Of a DNA stretch of 32,000 nucleotides, positions 17,041 through 25,196 are shown piece by piece (within the stretch, counting starts at the first letter, position 1; each line of letters starts with the position of its first letter). Under the pieces are notes generated by a model, which was given only the letters and a program-made list of their open reading frames with translations, made no database searches and was not told where the DNA came from. The translations under genes were made by a program, and so were the position numbers. Location of the stretch: the NCBI RefSeq assembly GCF_000020225.1, contig NC_010655.1, forward strand, positions 1,770,001 to 1,802,000, given 5' to 3'. This DNA comes from Akkermansia muciniphila ATCC BAA-835 (lineage in GTDB: Bacteria > Verrucomicrobiota > Verrucomicrobiia > Verrucomicrobiales > Akkermansiaceae).

Positions 17041-17961
17041 TTAGCTGGCTCCTTCGTCGCACAGGATCTTGACAAAGCCTTCCTCCTGGAGGCGGGTGGC
17101 GCCGCAGGCGAACTTGGCCCGGATTTGCAGGGCTTCCTCCATATCGTCGCGCACGGAAAGCTTCACTTTGAAATCATTCCATATGCCAAACTGGGCCTTG
17201 CTCTTTACCCAGGCCAGGCAGGAACGGACTCCCTCTTCTGTTTTGGGAAGCCTCTGGGTGCGGATGAATTTGAATCCCATGAAGGTGTCTATTTTCCCTT
17301 CCACCAGGGCTTTTACATTGTTGAAGTCATAACTGCTGACCTCCGTTTCCCGCAGCAGGTTCATGATCTGGGAACTGGTTACCGCAATGACGAGCTGGTC
17401 TCCGAACTGCGGGGCATCCTGGTTCCAGGCTTCGTTTTCCTCAAAAAGCTGGAGGGCTGCGCGCAGCTTGGCCACGGTAAGGTTGCTGGCGGATTTGGTG
17501 CCGCTGTCTACGTGATCCACGGCTATTTGCTGGCTTTCCTTGAATGGAACGGCGGTCATGCCGTCTTCTCCCACGTAGTTCGTATCCAGGAAGCCGGAGA
17601 TCATCACGTCGTCCATGCGGCGGCCTGCTGCGGCCTGGAGACCTTCAATCGTCTTGCTGACGGGAAGGTCCATGTCTCCCAGGCGGGTGGCGTCAAATTC
17701 ATCGTAGCCAATGGCTTTGGTGAACGTGCGCGGCCGCATGGACCGGCGTGTGGTGGGAGCCTCGTTCAAAACGGTCTGCCCCACCCGTGTGGTTTTTTCC
17801 GTGAAGTCCAGAATGCCGAATTGATCCAGAAATACTACCTTGCCGCTCAAGTCGCGCATGACGCTGACATACTTGTCCAGCCGGGAGGCGTGCTGCTGGA
17901 GCAGGGAGCCCCATTTTCTGGTGTATTTTACCTGATAATTATCGCTGATAGTTACTGCCAT
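17041..17961 (-). CDS. Stand-alone HK97-fold (T7-type) major-capsid-like protein
   Basis: The internal ATG at 17961 gives MAVTISDNYQVKY.... There is block-wise similarity, by eye, to T7 gp10A as I recall it. SGKVVFLDQFG matches SGKSAQFPVLG, and GKIDTFMGFKFIRTQRLP matches GSIRNVMGFEVVEVPHLT. ALQIRAKFACGATRLQEEGFVKI matches ADQIIAKYAMGHGGLRPEAAGAVVF. The opposite-strand 373-aa ORF has typical shadow composition. Confidence 0.7.
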   Translation of the reverse strand: MAVTISDNYQVKYTRKWGSLLQQHASRLDKYVSVMRDLSGKVVFLDQFGILDFTEKTTRVGQTVLNEAPTTRRSMRPRTFTKAIGYDEFDATRLGDMDLPVSKTIEGLQAAAGRRMDDVMISGFLDTNYVGEDGMTAVPFKESQQIAVDHVDSGTKSASNLTVAKLRAALQLFEENEAWNQDAPQFGDQLVIAVTSSQIMNLLRETEVSSYDFNNVKALVEGKIDTFMGFKFIRTQRLPKTEEGVRSCLAWVKSKAQFGIWNDFKVKLSVRDDMEEALQIRAKFACGATRLQEEGFVKILCDEGAS

Positions 17962-18119
17962 GATTGCAAATATAATGATAGTTTGAATGCAGGAACGGCA
18001 ATTTGGATTATCGGGTCCGGAATAACCGGAGCGGTCCTGCCGCAAGCGGGATGCGGCTATGTCCCCTGCGGGATTGCGGGCCGGTCCCATCCAGCGCTAA
18101 CGTGTATGGACTACAAGGC

Positions 18120-18152
18120 AGAAAAGCGCACCACGGCAGAATCGTGATGTGC
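18120..18152 (-). terminator. Probable terminator of pgeF
   Basis: On the minus strand an imperfect 10-bp stem gcacatcacg / cgtggtgcgc (2 mismatches) is followed by TTTTCT. It lies 35 nt downstream of the pgeF stop. Confidence 0.45.
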
Positions 18153-18186
18153 TGTAAAAGGAATGAAAGGCTCCGCTTTCCCGCTG

Positions 18187-18909
18187 TTAAAGAATAATTG
18201 CGTGCGTCCGCGTAGCGTGATCCGGGCCGAAAAGGGCCAGCATGCGGCCCGTTTGCCCTTTTTCCATGCGGTAGGAGTAAAAACGTTTGGTATCCTCCGC
18301 CGTGTCCAGCCCGGAATCATGAATCTGTTCTTCCGGTACCCCCGCTTCAATGAGCTGTGCCTTAATGGCCGTAGGAATGTCTTCCTCATAATGAGGCGGG
18401 CGGATACAGGGGGAAATGACGGCAATCAGGTTGGACGGTTCCACCCCAAGGCATTTTTTCATGGACTTGATGGTGTTGGAAACGATGTTGCCGGCGGTTC
18501 CCGCCTTGCCTGAATGAATCAGGGAACGGTGGCAGTTTTCCTTGTCGTACAACCACACGGCGGCGCAGTCCGCCACGTAAATGGCAAGCACGCAGTCGGA
18601 AACTCCGGAGCAAATCAGGCCGTCCACGCCTTCCACAGGATAATTGGAGCCGATGTCCCCCACCAGGGCAACTTTCGTGCCGTGCACCTGTTCGGCGCGG
18701 CGCAGGTCTTTCCACCGCCAGCCCAGGGCTTCCACTTCCGCCTTATGGTACGGTTCCAGCCGTTCCAGCACGGTTTCGCGGTCTCCGGCGACGTCTACTC
18801 CCGGAATTCTCTCAATGAATTGGACGATTTCTCCGGGATAGGACTGGATAGGCTTCAAGAATGCTGGCGTTTCCATAATTGATGGATCAATAAATGTCGT
18901 TGGGGACAT
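18187..18909 (-). CDS. pgeF: YfiH/PgeF family protein (DUF152, purine nucleoside phosphorylase/peptidoglycan editing factor family)
   Basis: The family motifs QVHGTKVALV, DGLICSGVSDCVLAIYVADCAAVWLYD, IHSGKAGTAGNIV and ISPCIRPPHYE are present, including the His/Cys/His metal ligands. Confidence 0.85.
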   Translation of the reverse strand: MSPTTFIDPSIMETPAFLKPIQSYPGEIVQFIERIPGVDVAGDRETVLERLEPYHKAEVEALGWRWKDLRRAEQVHGTKVALVGDIGSNYPVEGVDGLICSGVSDCVLAIYVADCAAVWLYDKENCHRSLIHSGKAGTAGNIVSNTIKSMKKCLGVEPSNLIAVISPCIRPPHYEEDIPTAIKAQLIEAGVPEEQIHDSGLDTAEDTKRFYSYRMEKGQTGRMLALFGPDHATRTHAIIL

Positions 18910-19022
18910 CTTGTCGTTTTGTATTACCTAGTCGAGCAAAATTTGGTGTAAAATGTCACGGACGCCGCCCGGTGACTGAGAAAAGGTTTTTTTCCGCCTT
19001 TCCGGAGTGATATGAGCAATTC

Positions 19023-19754
19023 ATGCTGCGCAGGTATTCTTTACTTTCCACTTTTTTTGCGGGAATGGCCGCCGTGTTTTTTTCCTTTGCTGCCTCCTTG
19101 GCCCAGGAGGCTTCTCCGGATGCCGGGCAGCTGCTGAAAAGGGTGCGCCAGGGGGCAACTCTTCAGGAAAACAAGGACATTAAGGGGCAAATACGCAAAC
19201 GCAGCGTCAAAATTCCCTTTTCCATGAGTCTGCGCGGCAATCTGATAGCCTTCCAGTACCAGCTCAATAATGTCTGGAACAGGTTCGACCTGAAATTCAA
19301 GGACCGCGGCCAGGAGATCCTTTCCTGGAAGGACGGGAAAGCCGGTGTTTTGCCGGTTGCCCAGTATGCGGTGCCCATTGCGGGGACGGACGTAACGTAC
19401 GAAGATCTTTCCATGCGCTACCTGTACTGGCCCCAGGCAAAAATTGTCCGGGATGATGCGGCGAGCACCGTCAAGGGGCGGGATTGCTGGATTGTCCAGA
19501 TACCGAATCCTAATTCCGGGGTGGGGCAATATGCCTGGGTGCGCGTCTGGATTGATAAGGAGAACGGCGCCATGTGGCAGGTGGATGGCATTGACCGCCG
19601 CGGGGAGCTGGCTAAAAGGTTCATGATTGATTCCGTGATGAAATTGAAGGACGGATCCTGGTTTTTCAAACGGATGAAGGTGGAGGTCCGGGATCCTTCC
19701 AATCCGCGCAGAACGGTCTCCGTCAGCTACATAGATATGGACAGCCCAGAATAG
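19023..19754 (+). CDS. Secreted LolA-like / outer-membrane lipoprotein-sorting family protein
   Basis: A signal peptide is present. The beta-rich body carries TDVTYEDLSMRYLYWP and RDCWIVQIPNP...YAWVRVWIDKENG blocks typical of LolA_like proteins as I remember them. Confidence 0.55.
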   Translation: MLRRYSLLSTFFAGMAAVFFSFAASLAQEASPDAGQLLKRVRQGATLQENKDIKGQIRKRSVKIPFSMSLRGNLIAFQYQLNNVWNRFDLKFKDRGQEILSWKDGKAGVLPVAQYAVPIAGTDVTYEDLSMRYLYWPQAKIVRDDAASTVKGRDCWIVQIPNPNSGVGQYAWVRVWIDKENGAMWQVDGIDRRGELAKRFMIDSVMKLKDGSWFFKRMKVEVRDPSNPRRTVSVSYIDMDSPE

Positions 19755-19900
19755 CCTTCCGGTTCCCGTTCCATTCCCCGCGGAGCTTTCGGATTATTCT
19801 TTCCGGGGCATGGGGGCGGATTCCTTTTCATGCCGCACAGATGGATGATTTAGGACGTGACAAGAAGGCGGGATGGGCGTAAATCCTCCAAAAACCTGTT

Positions 19901-20863
19901 ATGAAGAAACATTTATTCCTTGCATGTGCCCTGGCGTTCGGCCTGTCCGCCTGTTCCCAGCACCAGGAGCAGCCGGCGGAGTCCGGTTCTCCGGTGAAAA
20001 CGACCATTTCTCCCGTGACTGCTCCTGGGAAAAAGCCGGACCGGCCGGCCGTGAAATTGCCTCCCAAGTCCGTTCCGGTGCCTTCCGTAAGCCCGTCCTA
20101 TAATAATACTCCTCTTTCCCCGCGCATTCCGGGGGTAACGGTCAACCGTGTGGCTGTGCCGGACAAGGTGGTGGCCCTCACCTTTGATGACGGTCCCCAT
20201 GGAACGCTGACCCCCAGGGTGCTGGACATCCTGCGCGACAATAACGTCAAGGGTACTTTCTTCATGCAGGGCTGCAATGTGAAGGCCCATCCCCAGGTAG
20301 TGCGCCGCATGGTCAATGAGGGCCATGAAGTAGGCAACCATACATGGAATCACGTTTATCTGAGCAAAGTGCCCCGCGAAAAAGCGGAATCCCAGCTCCA
20401 GAGCACTAATGAAGCCATCCGCAACGCCTGCGGCGTTGTCCCCGTGGTCATGCGCCCCCCCGGCGGCTATACGAATGCAGGCGTGGCGTCCTGGGCCCGC
20501 CAGCGCTTCGGCTTCACCACGGTCATGTGGGATGTGGACACGAATGACTGGCGCAAGCCCGGCTCCTCCGTGGTGGCCGCCCGCGCCGTGAACGGCGCCA
20601 AACCCGGCTCCATCATTCTGGTGCATGACATTCACGCTTCTACGGTGGCGGCGGTGGACGCCATTGTGAAGGGATTGAAAAACCGCGGCTATGAACTGGT
20701 GACCGTTTCCGAACTTATCAGGAGAGGACGTGCCGCCGCCGGCCATGCTCCTTCCATGCCCGCGGCTCCTGCTGTTCCGGATTCTTCTCCCCTTGCCGTT
20801 CCTGCGATTGTGGCTCCCGCGGAGCCTGTTCCCGCTCCGGCGGAGACGGTGGCCGGCATGTAA
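19901..20863 (+). CDS. Polysaccharide/peptidoglycan deacetylase (NodB domain) lipoprotein
   Basis: The lipobox is LACALAFGLSACS, followed by a Pro-rich linker. The NodB motifs are LTFDDGPHG, GHEVGNHTWNH, RPPGG and IILVHD. The tail is Pro/Ala-rich. Confidence 0.85.
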   Translation: MKKHLFLACALAFGLSACSQHQEQPAESGSPVKTTISPVTAPGKKPDRPAVKLPPKSVPVPSVSPSYNNTPLSPRIPGVTVNRVAVPDKVVALTFDDGPHGTLTPRVLDILRDNNVKGTFFMQGCNVKAHPQVVRRMVNEGHEVGNHTWNHVYLSKVPREKAESQLQSTNEAIRNACGVVPVVMRPPGGYTNAGVASWARQRFGFTTVMWDVDTNDWRKPGSSVVAARAVNGAKPGSIILVHDIHASTVAAVDAIVKGLKNRGYELVTVSELIRRGRAAAGHAPSMPAAPAVPDSSPLAVPAIVAPAEPVPAPAETVAGM

Positions 20864-20889
20864 TCCCCGGTGTTTTTCCTTTTCCTTTC

Positions 20890-20924
20890 AACCCGGTTTC
20901 TCTGCGGAAACCGGGTTATTCATT
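20890..20924 (+). terminator. Probable terminator after the deacetylase gene
   Basis: A perfect 11-bp stem aacccggtttc / gaaaccgggtt with a 6-nt loop is followed by a weak T tract (attcatt). Confidence 0.5.
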
Positions 20925-21060
20925 GCCTTTCCGGAGCATTTTTCCCACCGCCCCGGAAAGGAGGCTTTCCCCTTAACGGGCACACGCACAGAAGGCTTGA
21001 CCTGCTGGTGAATTTCTCCACAATCTTTTGCCGTATTATTCACACCCAATCCGGATTGAA

Positions 21061-23493
21061 ATGTCTATGAATCTCCTGGCATCTGCCGATACTCTACCCG
21101 CGCCTGGCGGAATGTCCGCTCCTCTCGCCTTCATCTACGATCTCTTCAATAACCCTCTTTTCATCTTCATTGGCGGTCTGGTGTTGCTGGGTGTGTTTTT
21201 CTGGTACCTGGGTTCCGACCAGGACAAGGTCAAGCGCAATGCCGGAACGATTTTCATTATCGGCATTGCGTCTTTTTCCCTGTTCTCCCTCTTCCAGCAG
21301 GGGTTGAAATACGGCATTGACATTGCCGGGGGCGTCTCCTTCACGTTGAGCGTGGAACCGAATATCGGAGACGACGGCAAGCCCATTCCCCTGACGGACC
21401 AGGCCATGGAACAGGCATGCGTGATCCTGACGGACCGCCTTAACAGTACCGGGGCCAATGACGTCATTATCCGCCCGAAGAAAAAAGACAACCTGAATCT
21501 TATAGAAGTTCAAATCCCCGCTGCGGATCCTGCCAAGCGCGAGGAAACCAAGGCCATCCTGACCAAAGTAGCCAAGCTTCAGATTCTTCCTGTCCACCCG
21601 CGTAACAACGAACTGGTGGCGGAGGGTCGCATTCGCGTTCCCGGCTACAGGATGTATGAATATACCTTCAAAAACGGCAAGGGTGAGGACGTCACGGAAA
21701 AAATATTCCTGGAAAAGCGTGAATCGCTGACAGGCAGGGATATCGTGCGCGCCGGAGTGGATCTGGCCCGTCCCGGCCACGTCAACGTCACCCTGAGCAA
21801 CGAAGGGGCGGACAAGATGTATAACCTGACTTCCCGCATGCAGCTGGGCCACGACCGCATGGCCATTGTGCTGGATGATGTGGTCAAGAGCGCCCCAACG
21901 GTCCAGGCCATTCTGTCGAAAAGTTTTGAAATCAGCGGGCTGGATGCTCCCGGAGAGGCTGAAGCCCTGACGAAGGTGCTTTCCAACCCCCTTACCAACA
22001 AGCTCAATTTTGAGTCCGCCAGTGAAATTTCCGCCTCTTTGGGGCATACGGCCCTCCTTCAGGGGGAATACGCTGGCATTACGGGATTGATCCTCTGCTT
22101 CATCATGATGATCATCTACTACCGCTTTGCCGGTTTGGTGGCTATCATGGGTCTGACGATCAATGCCCTGCTTCTTCTGGGAGCCATGTCTATCTTCGGG
22201 TTTGAGCTGACGCTGCCGGGTATTGCCGGTATTGTGCTGACTCTGGGCGTGGCGGTGGACTCGAACGTGTTGATTTATGAACGCCTGCGGGAAGAAAAGG
22301 AAATGGGGCGCCCCTTCCGCGTGGCTATCCGCAACTCCTTTGACAAGGCGTTCTCCGCCATCTTTGACTCCAATATCACCTCGCTCATTACCGCCGTCAT
22401 CCTGTACTGGATGGCAACCGGCACCATCAAGGGGTTTGCCGTCACGTTGACAGTAGGCGTCATCACTTCCATGATTGGGGCGATTCTCGTTACCCGCGTC
22501 CTGTTCTACTGGGCGGATACCGTCGGCATGATGAAGGATCTTAAATTCCTCAACCTCTTCAAGAAAAAGACGAACATCGACTTCATGAGCCAGAAAATCT
22601 GGTCCTGCTCTCTTTCCGCCATTCTGCTGATGATATGCATTGTATTTGGCGCCGTAAAGGGCAAGGATTGCCTGGGCATGGACTTTACGGGCGGTTCTTC
22701 CATTTCCTATCTGGTGAACAAGGGTGACATCTCCTTCCGGGAAGTGGAAGGCGTGGTCAACAAGCTGTCCCTGACCCAGAAGGCTACGGTGCAGGAGGTG
22801 GCGGAGTCCACGGACAGCAGCAAAGTGAATATTCTGATTAATTTCTCCGACCATGCCCAGGACAAGGAGGCTATCACCACGGCATTGGACAAGGCGTTTC
22901 CGGTTCTGGACAACGCTCCGTTCAGTGAAGAAACCATCGGGCAGTCCATGGGGTACGATACGCTCATTACTTCCGCATGGGCCCTTTTCTTCGGCATTCT
23001 GGGAATCATGGTTTACCTGACGGTGCGGTTTGAATGGACCTTCGCCATTGGTGCGGTCATCGCCCTGACGCATGACGTCCTGCTGGTGCTTGGCCTGGTG
23101 ATTGTCAGCGGAACGGAGCTGAATGTTATTCATATTGGCGCGTTGTTGACGGTGGCGGGGTACTCCATCAATGACAAAATTATCGTATTTGACCGCATCC
23201 GCGAATTCCTCCGCTTCTCCGACCCGAATGAAAGCGCTTCACAAATCATGAACGAAGCCATTAACCAGACGCTTTCCCGTACTATTTTGACCTCTCTTTC
23301 CACGCTGGCCGTGCTGGTGTGCCTGTACTTCTTTGGAGGTCCTTCCATGGAAGACTTCGCCTGGACGATTTCCGCAGGCATTTTGATTGGTACGTACTCC
23401 TCCATCTTCATCGCTTCTCCGGCGGCTCTTTTCTTCTCCCGGAAGCATGGGTTGCATGAAGAAGTCAGACAGGCCATGAAGGCCGGAGCCTGA
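21061..23493 (+). CDS. secDF: Fused protein translocase subunit SecDF
   Basis: About 810 aa with a large periplasmic domain followed by 6 TM (the SecD part: GIDIAGGV, LPGIAGIVLTLGVAVDSNVLIYERLREE). A second periplasmic domain and TM bundle follow (the SecF part: GMDFTGGS, HDVLLVLG, INDKIIVFDRIRE). The track start at 21028 is TTG, and the first ATG is at 21061. Confidence 0.9.
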   Translation: MSMNLLASADTLPAPGGMSAPLAFIYDLFNNPLFIFIGGLVLLGVFFWYLGSDQDKVKRNAGTIFIIGIASFSLFSLFQQGLKYGIDIAGGVSFTLSVEPNIGDDGKPIPLTDQAMEQACVILTDRLNSTGANDVIIRPKKKDNLNLIEVQIPAADPAKREETKAILTKVAKLQILPVHPRNNELVAEGRIRVPGYRMYEYTFKNGKGEDVTEKIFLEKRESLTGRDIVRAGVDLARPGHVNVTLSNEGADKMYNLTSRMQLGHDRMAIVLDDVVKSAPTVQAILSKSFEISGLDAPGEAEALTKVLSNPLTNKLNFESASEISASLGHTALLQGEYAGITGLILCFIMMIIYYRFAGLVAIMGLTINALLLLGAMSIFGFELTLPGIAGIVLTLGVAVDSNVLIYERLREEKEMGRPFRVAIRNSFDKAFSAIFDSNITSLITAVILYWMATGTIKGFAVTLTVGVITSMIGAILVTRVLFYWADTVGMMKDLKFLNLFKKKTNIDFMSQKIWSCSLSAILLMICIVFGAVKGKDCLGMDFTGGSSISYLVNKGDISFREVEGVVNKLSLTQKATVQEVAESTDSSKVNILINFSDHAQDKEAITTALDKAFPVLDNAPFSEETIGQSMGYDTLITSAWALFFGILGIMVYLTVRFEWTFAIGAVIALTHDVLLVLGLVIVSGTELNVIHIGALLTVAGYSINDKIIVFDRIREFLRFSDPNESASQIMNEAINQTLSRTILTSLSTLAVLVCLYFFGGPSMEDFAWTISAGILIGTYSSIFIASPAALFFSRKHGLHEEVRQAMKAGA

Positions 23494-23520
23494 GGTTTGG
23501 CGTTGAGCCGTTAAATCTCT

Positions 23521-23559
23521 GACCGGGGAAGGCTGAATGCCTTCCCCGGTCTGTTTCTT
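23521..23559 (+). terminator. Rho-independent terminator of secDF
   Basis: A perfect 12-bp stem gaccggggaagg / ccttccccggtc with a 7-nt loop is followed by tgTTTcTTg. Confidence 0.8.
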
Positions 23560-23705
23560 GGAAAGAGAGGGAAAGGCTCTGTATGGAATAACCTCCGTGT
23601 TCTTTCCCCGTCCGCCTCTTTCGCTTTTCCTGTTTCCACCATATGCGGCTACGGCTTCCGCATGGCTCTTCTGTCTCGCATTCCTCCCTCTTTTATTTCA
23701 GGCAT

Positions 23706-23738
23706 AAGAAAACCCCGCCTGCCGTTAGGCAGACGGGG
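23706..23738 (-). terminator. Rho-independent terminator of the EF-hand gene
   Basis: On the minus strand an 11-bp stem ccccgtctgcc / ggcaggcgggg (one G-U pair) with loop taac is followed by TTTTCTT. Confidence 0.7.
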
Positions 23739-23779
23739 CCGTATCTCTGGTTTCCTGCTATGTATTTCTGCGGGTGAGA

Positions 23780-24916
23780 TTATTCATCATCCCCTTCCTC
23801 CTGTGCCGGGGCGGGAGGGGGAGGCATGTCGTTGTTGCCGCGGGCTGCCTTTCTGGCTTCCCTGCGCGCTTCAAGAGCCTTGGAAGCGTCAGCGTTGAGC
23901 TGGGCCATTTCAGCCTCATTCAATTTTCCGTCCTTGTCGGCGTCATACTTTTCTTCAATCAGGATCCATCCGGCAGCCATGATCGGGGCGCGGTTGGGGT
24001 CAAGCTGGGGACGGGGACCGTTAGGGCGGTTGCCGTGGGGGCCCCGGTTACCGTCTTCACGGCGTCCTTCACCGCCTCTGCGGCCTTCCGGTCCTCTGGG
24101 AGCGCGGGGGCCTTCAGCTCTGGGGCCTCCCGGACGCCTCGGACCGTCCATGTTGGGCATTCTCGGTCCTTTGGGGCCACCGGGAACGGCATGGTGCGGG
24201 CCGGGCTGGCCGTGATGAGGGGGAATGGACTGCAATTCTTCCGGGGAGAGCTTCCCGTCGCCGTCTTTGTCAAATTTTTTGATCATGGCGGCGGCGTGGG
24301 CTTCCTGGCGGGCTTTCATTTCTTCCATGCGCTTGGCAGCTTCCGGATGGTTTTTTGCCCAATCTTCCCGCATGGCTTTCTTTTCCTCGTCGGAAAGCTT
24401 GCCATCGCCATCCTTATCGTACTTCTTAAGAATTTCGGCTTTCCTGGCTTCCTGGCGGGCTTTCATTTCTTCCATGCGTTTGGCAGCTTCCGGATGGTCC
24501 TTAAGCCATTCTTCCTGCATAGCCTTTCTTTCCTCCTTGGAAAGCTTGCCGTCCCCATCCTTGTCAAATTTCTTCAGGATGGCGGCTTTCTTGGCTTCCT
24601 GGGCCTTCTTGACGTCGGCTTGCAGAACGGCTATTTCCTCGTCGGAAAGCTTTCCGTCCTTGTCGGTATCGTATTTGGCCAATACCAGTTCTTCTCCGAC
24701 AATCATGATACCGGGATCGATTCTCTTCATCTGAACTCGTTTTGGCCCCTGGCGGTCTCTGCCTCCGGCATGGTGGCGATGACCTCCCCTTCTTTCAGGG
24801 GGGGGCTGCATTTCAGGAGCATCGGAAGGAGCCTCCGGAGCGGGAGGCGGCGGAGCGTCCTGAGCGAACGCGGAACATGCGGCAAAAGCCGCGGCGATAA
24901 TCATTTGCTTGGTCAT
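23780..24916 (-). CDS. Secreted repetitive protein with five EF-hand calcium-binding loops and Pro/Gly/Arg-rich segments
   Basis: The signal peptide is MTKQMIIAAAFAACSAFAQ. There are five canonical 12-residue loops: DTDKDGKLSDEE, DKDGDGKLSKEE, DKDGDGKLSDEE, DKDGDGKLSPEE and DADKDGKLNEAE. Confidence 0.85.
   Translation of the reverse strand: MTKQMIIAAAFAACSAFAQDAPPPPAPEAPSDAPEMQPPPERRGGHRHHAGGRDRQGPKRVQMKRIDPGIMIVGEELVLAKYDTDKDGKLSDEEIAVLQADVKKAQEAKKAAILKKFDKDGDGKLSKEERKAMQEEWLKDHPEAAKRMEEMKARQEARKAEILKKYDKDGDGKLSDEEKKAMREDWAKNHPEAAKRMEEMKARQEAHAAAMIKKFDKDGDGKLSPEELQSIPPHHGQPGPHHAVPGGPKGPRMPNMDGPRRPGGPRAEGPRAPRGPEGRRGGEGRREDGNRGPHGNRPNGPRPQLDPNRAPIMAAGWILIEEKYDADKDGKLNEAEMAQLNADASKALEARREARKAARGNNDMPPPPAPAQEEGDDE
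24236..24680 (-). repeat. Intragenic tandem repeat with a 147-bp (49-aa) period, about 3 units
   Basis: The string cttcctggcgggctttcatttcttccatgcg occurs at 24301 and again at 24448, an offset of 147 nt. The protein units read HPEAAKRMEEMKARQEA..KK(Y/F)DKDGDGKLS.EE. Confidence 0.7.
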
Positions 24917-25196
24917 ATCTTTGAATGGTGAGGTTTGATGCGTTTCGGAAAGGAGCGTGCGCTGCGGTGTTTCAAACAGGCGGAAACGTCTCCCTTTGCT
25001 AAAAGGAACCCCTGGAATTCATTCCGGTTGCAAAATAAAAAGGCAAATGCGTCGGAGAGGGGGTGCGCCGCTGTTTTTATGACACCTGTTTTCTTCCGGG
25101 GTAAAGAAGGGTGAACCCATTGAATATGAAGGAAATCAGTGAGGGAATACAGCAATCGGGTGCGAGTGCGTGCCGCCCGTGTCATAGCGGAAAAAA

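Noticed and set aside
17026-18147. A 373-aa plus-strand ORF covering the capsid-like gene
   Set aside because: It has antisense shadow composition (Gly/His/Ala/Phe-rich, with no motifs). The minus-strand frame has natural composition, capsid-like blocks, and its own terminator.
15681-18186. A prophage or integrated mobile element around the capsid-like gene
   Set aside because: I found no integrase, terminase, portal, tail gene, flanking tRNA or direct repeats. Only a single capsid-like gene is present, so it is reported as an orphan gene instead.
21094-23133. A 679-aa ORF on the minus strand, opposite secDF
   Set aside because: This is a shadow ORF of a GC-rich gene. Its Gly/His/Arg/Val-rich composition matches no family, whereas the plus strand encodes an unmistakable SecDF.
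23774-24931. A 385-aa ORF, plus a 169-aa Ser-rich ORF (24225-24734), both on the plus strand opposite the EF-hand gene
   Set aside because: Their repetitiveness mirrors the repeats of the minus-strand gene. Only the minus frame gives canonical EF-hand loops and a signal peptide.
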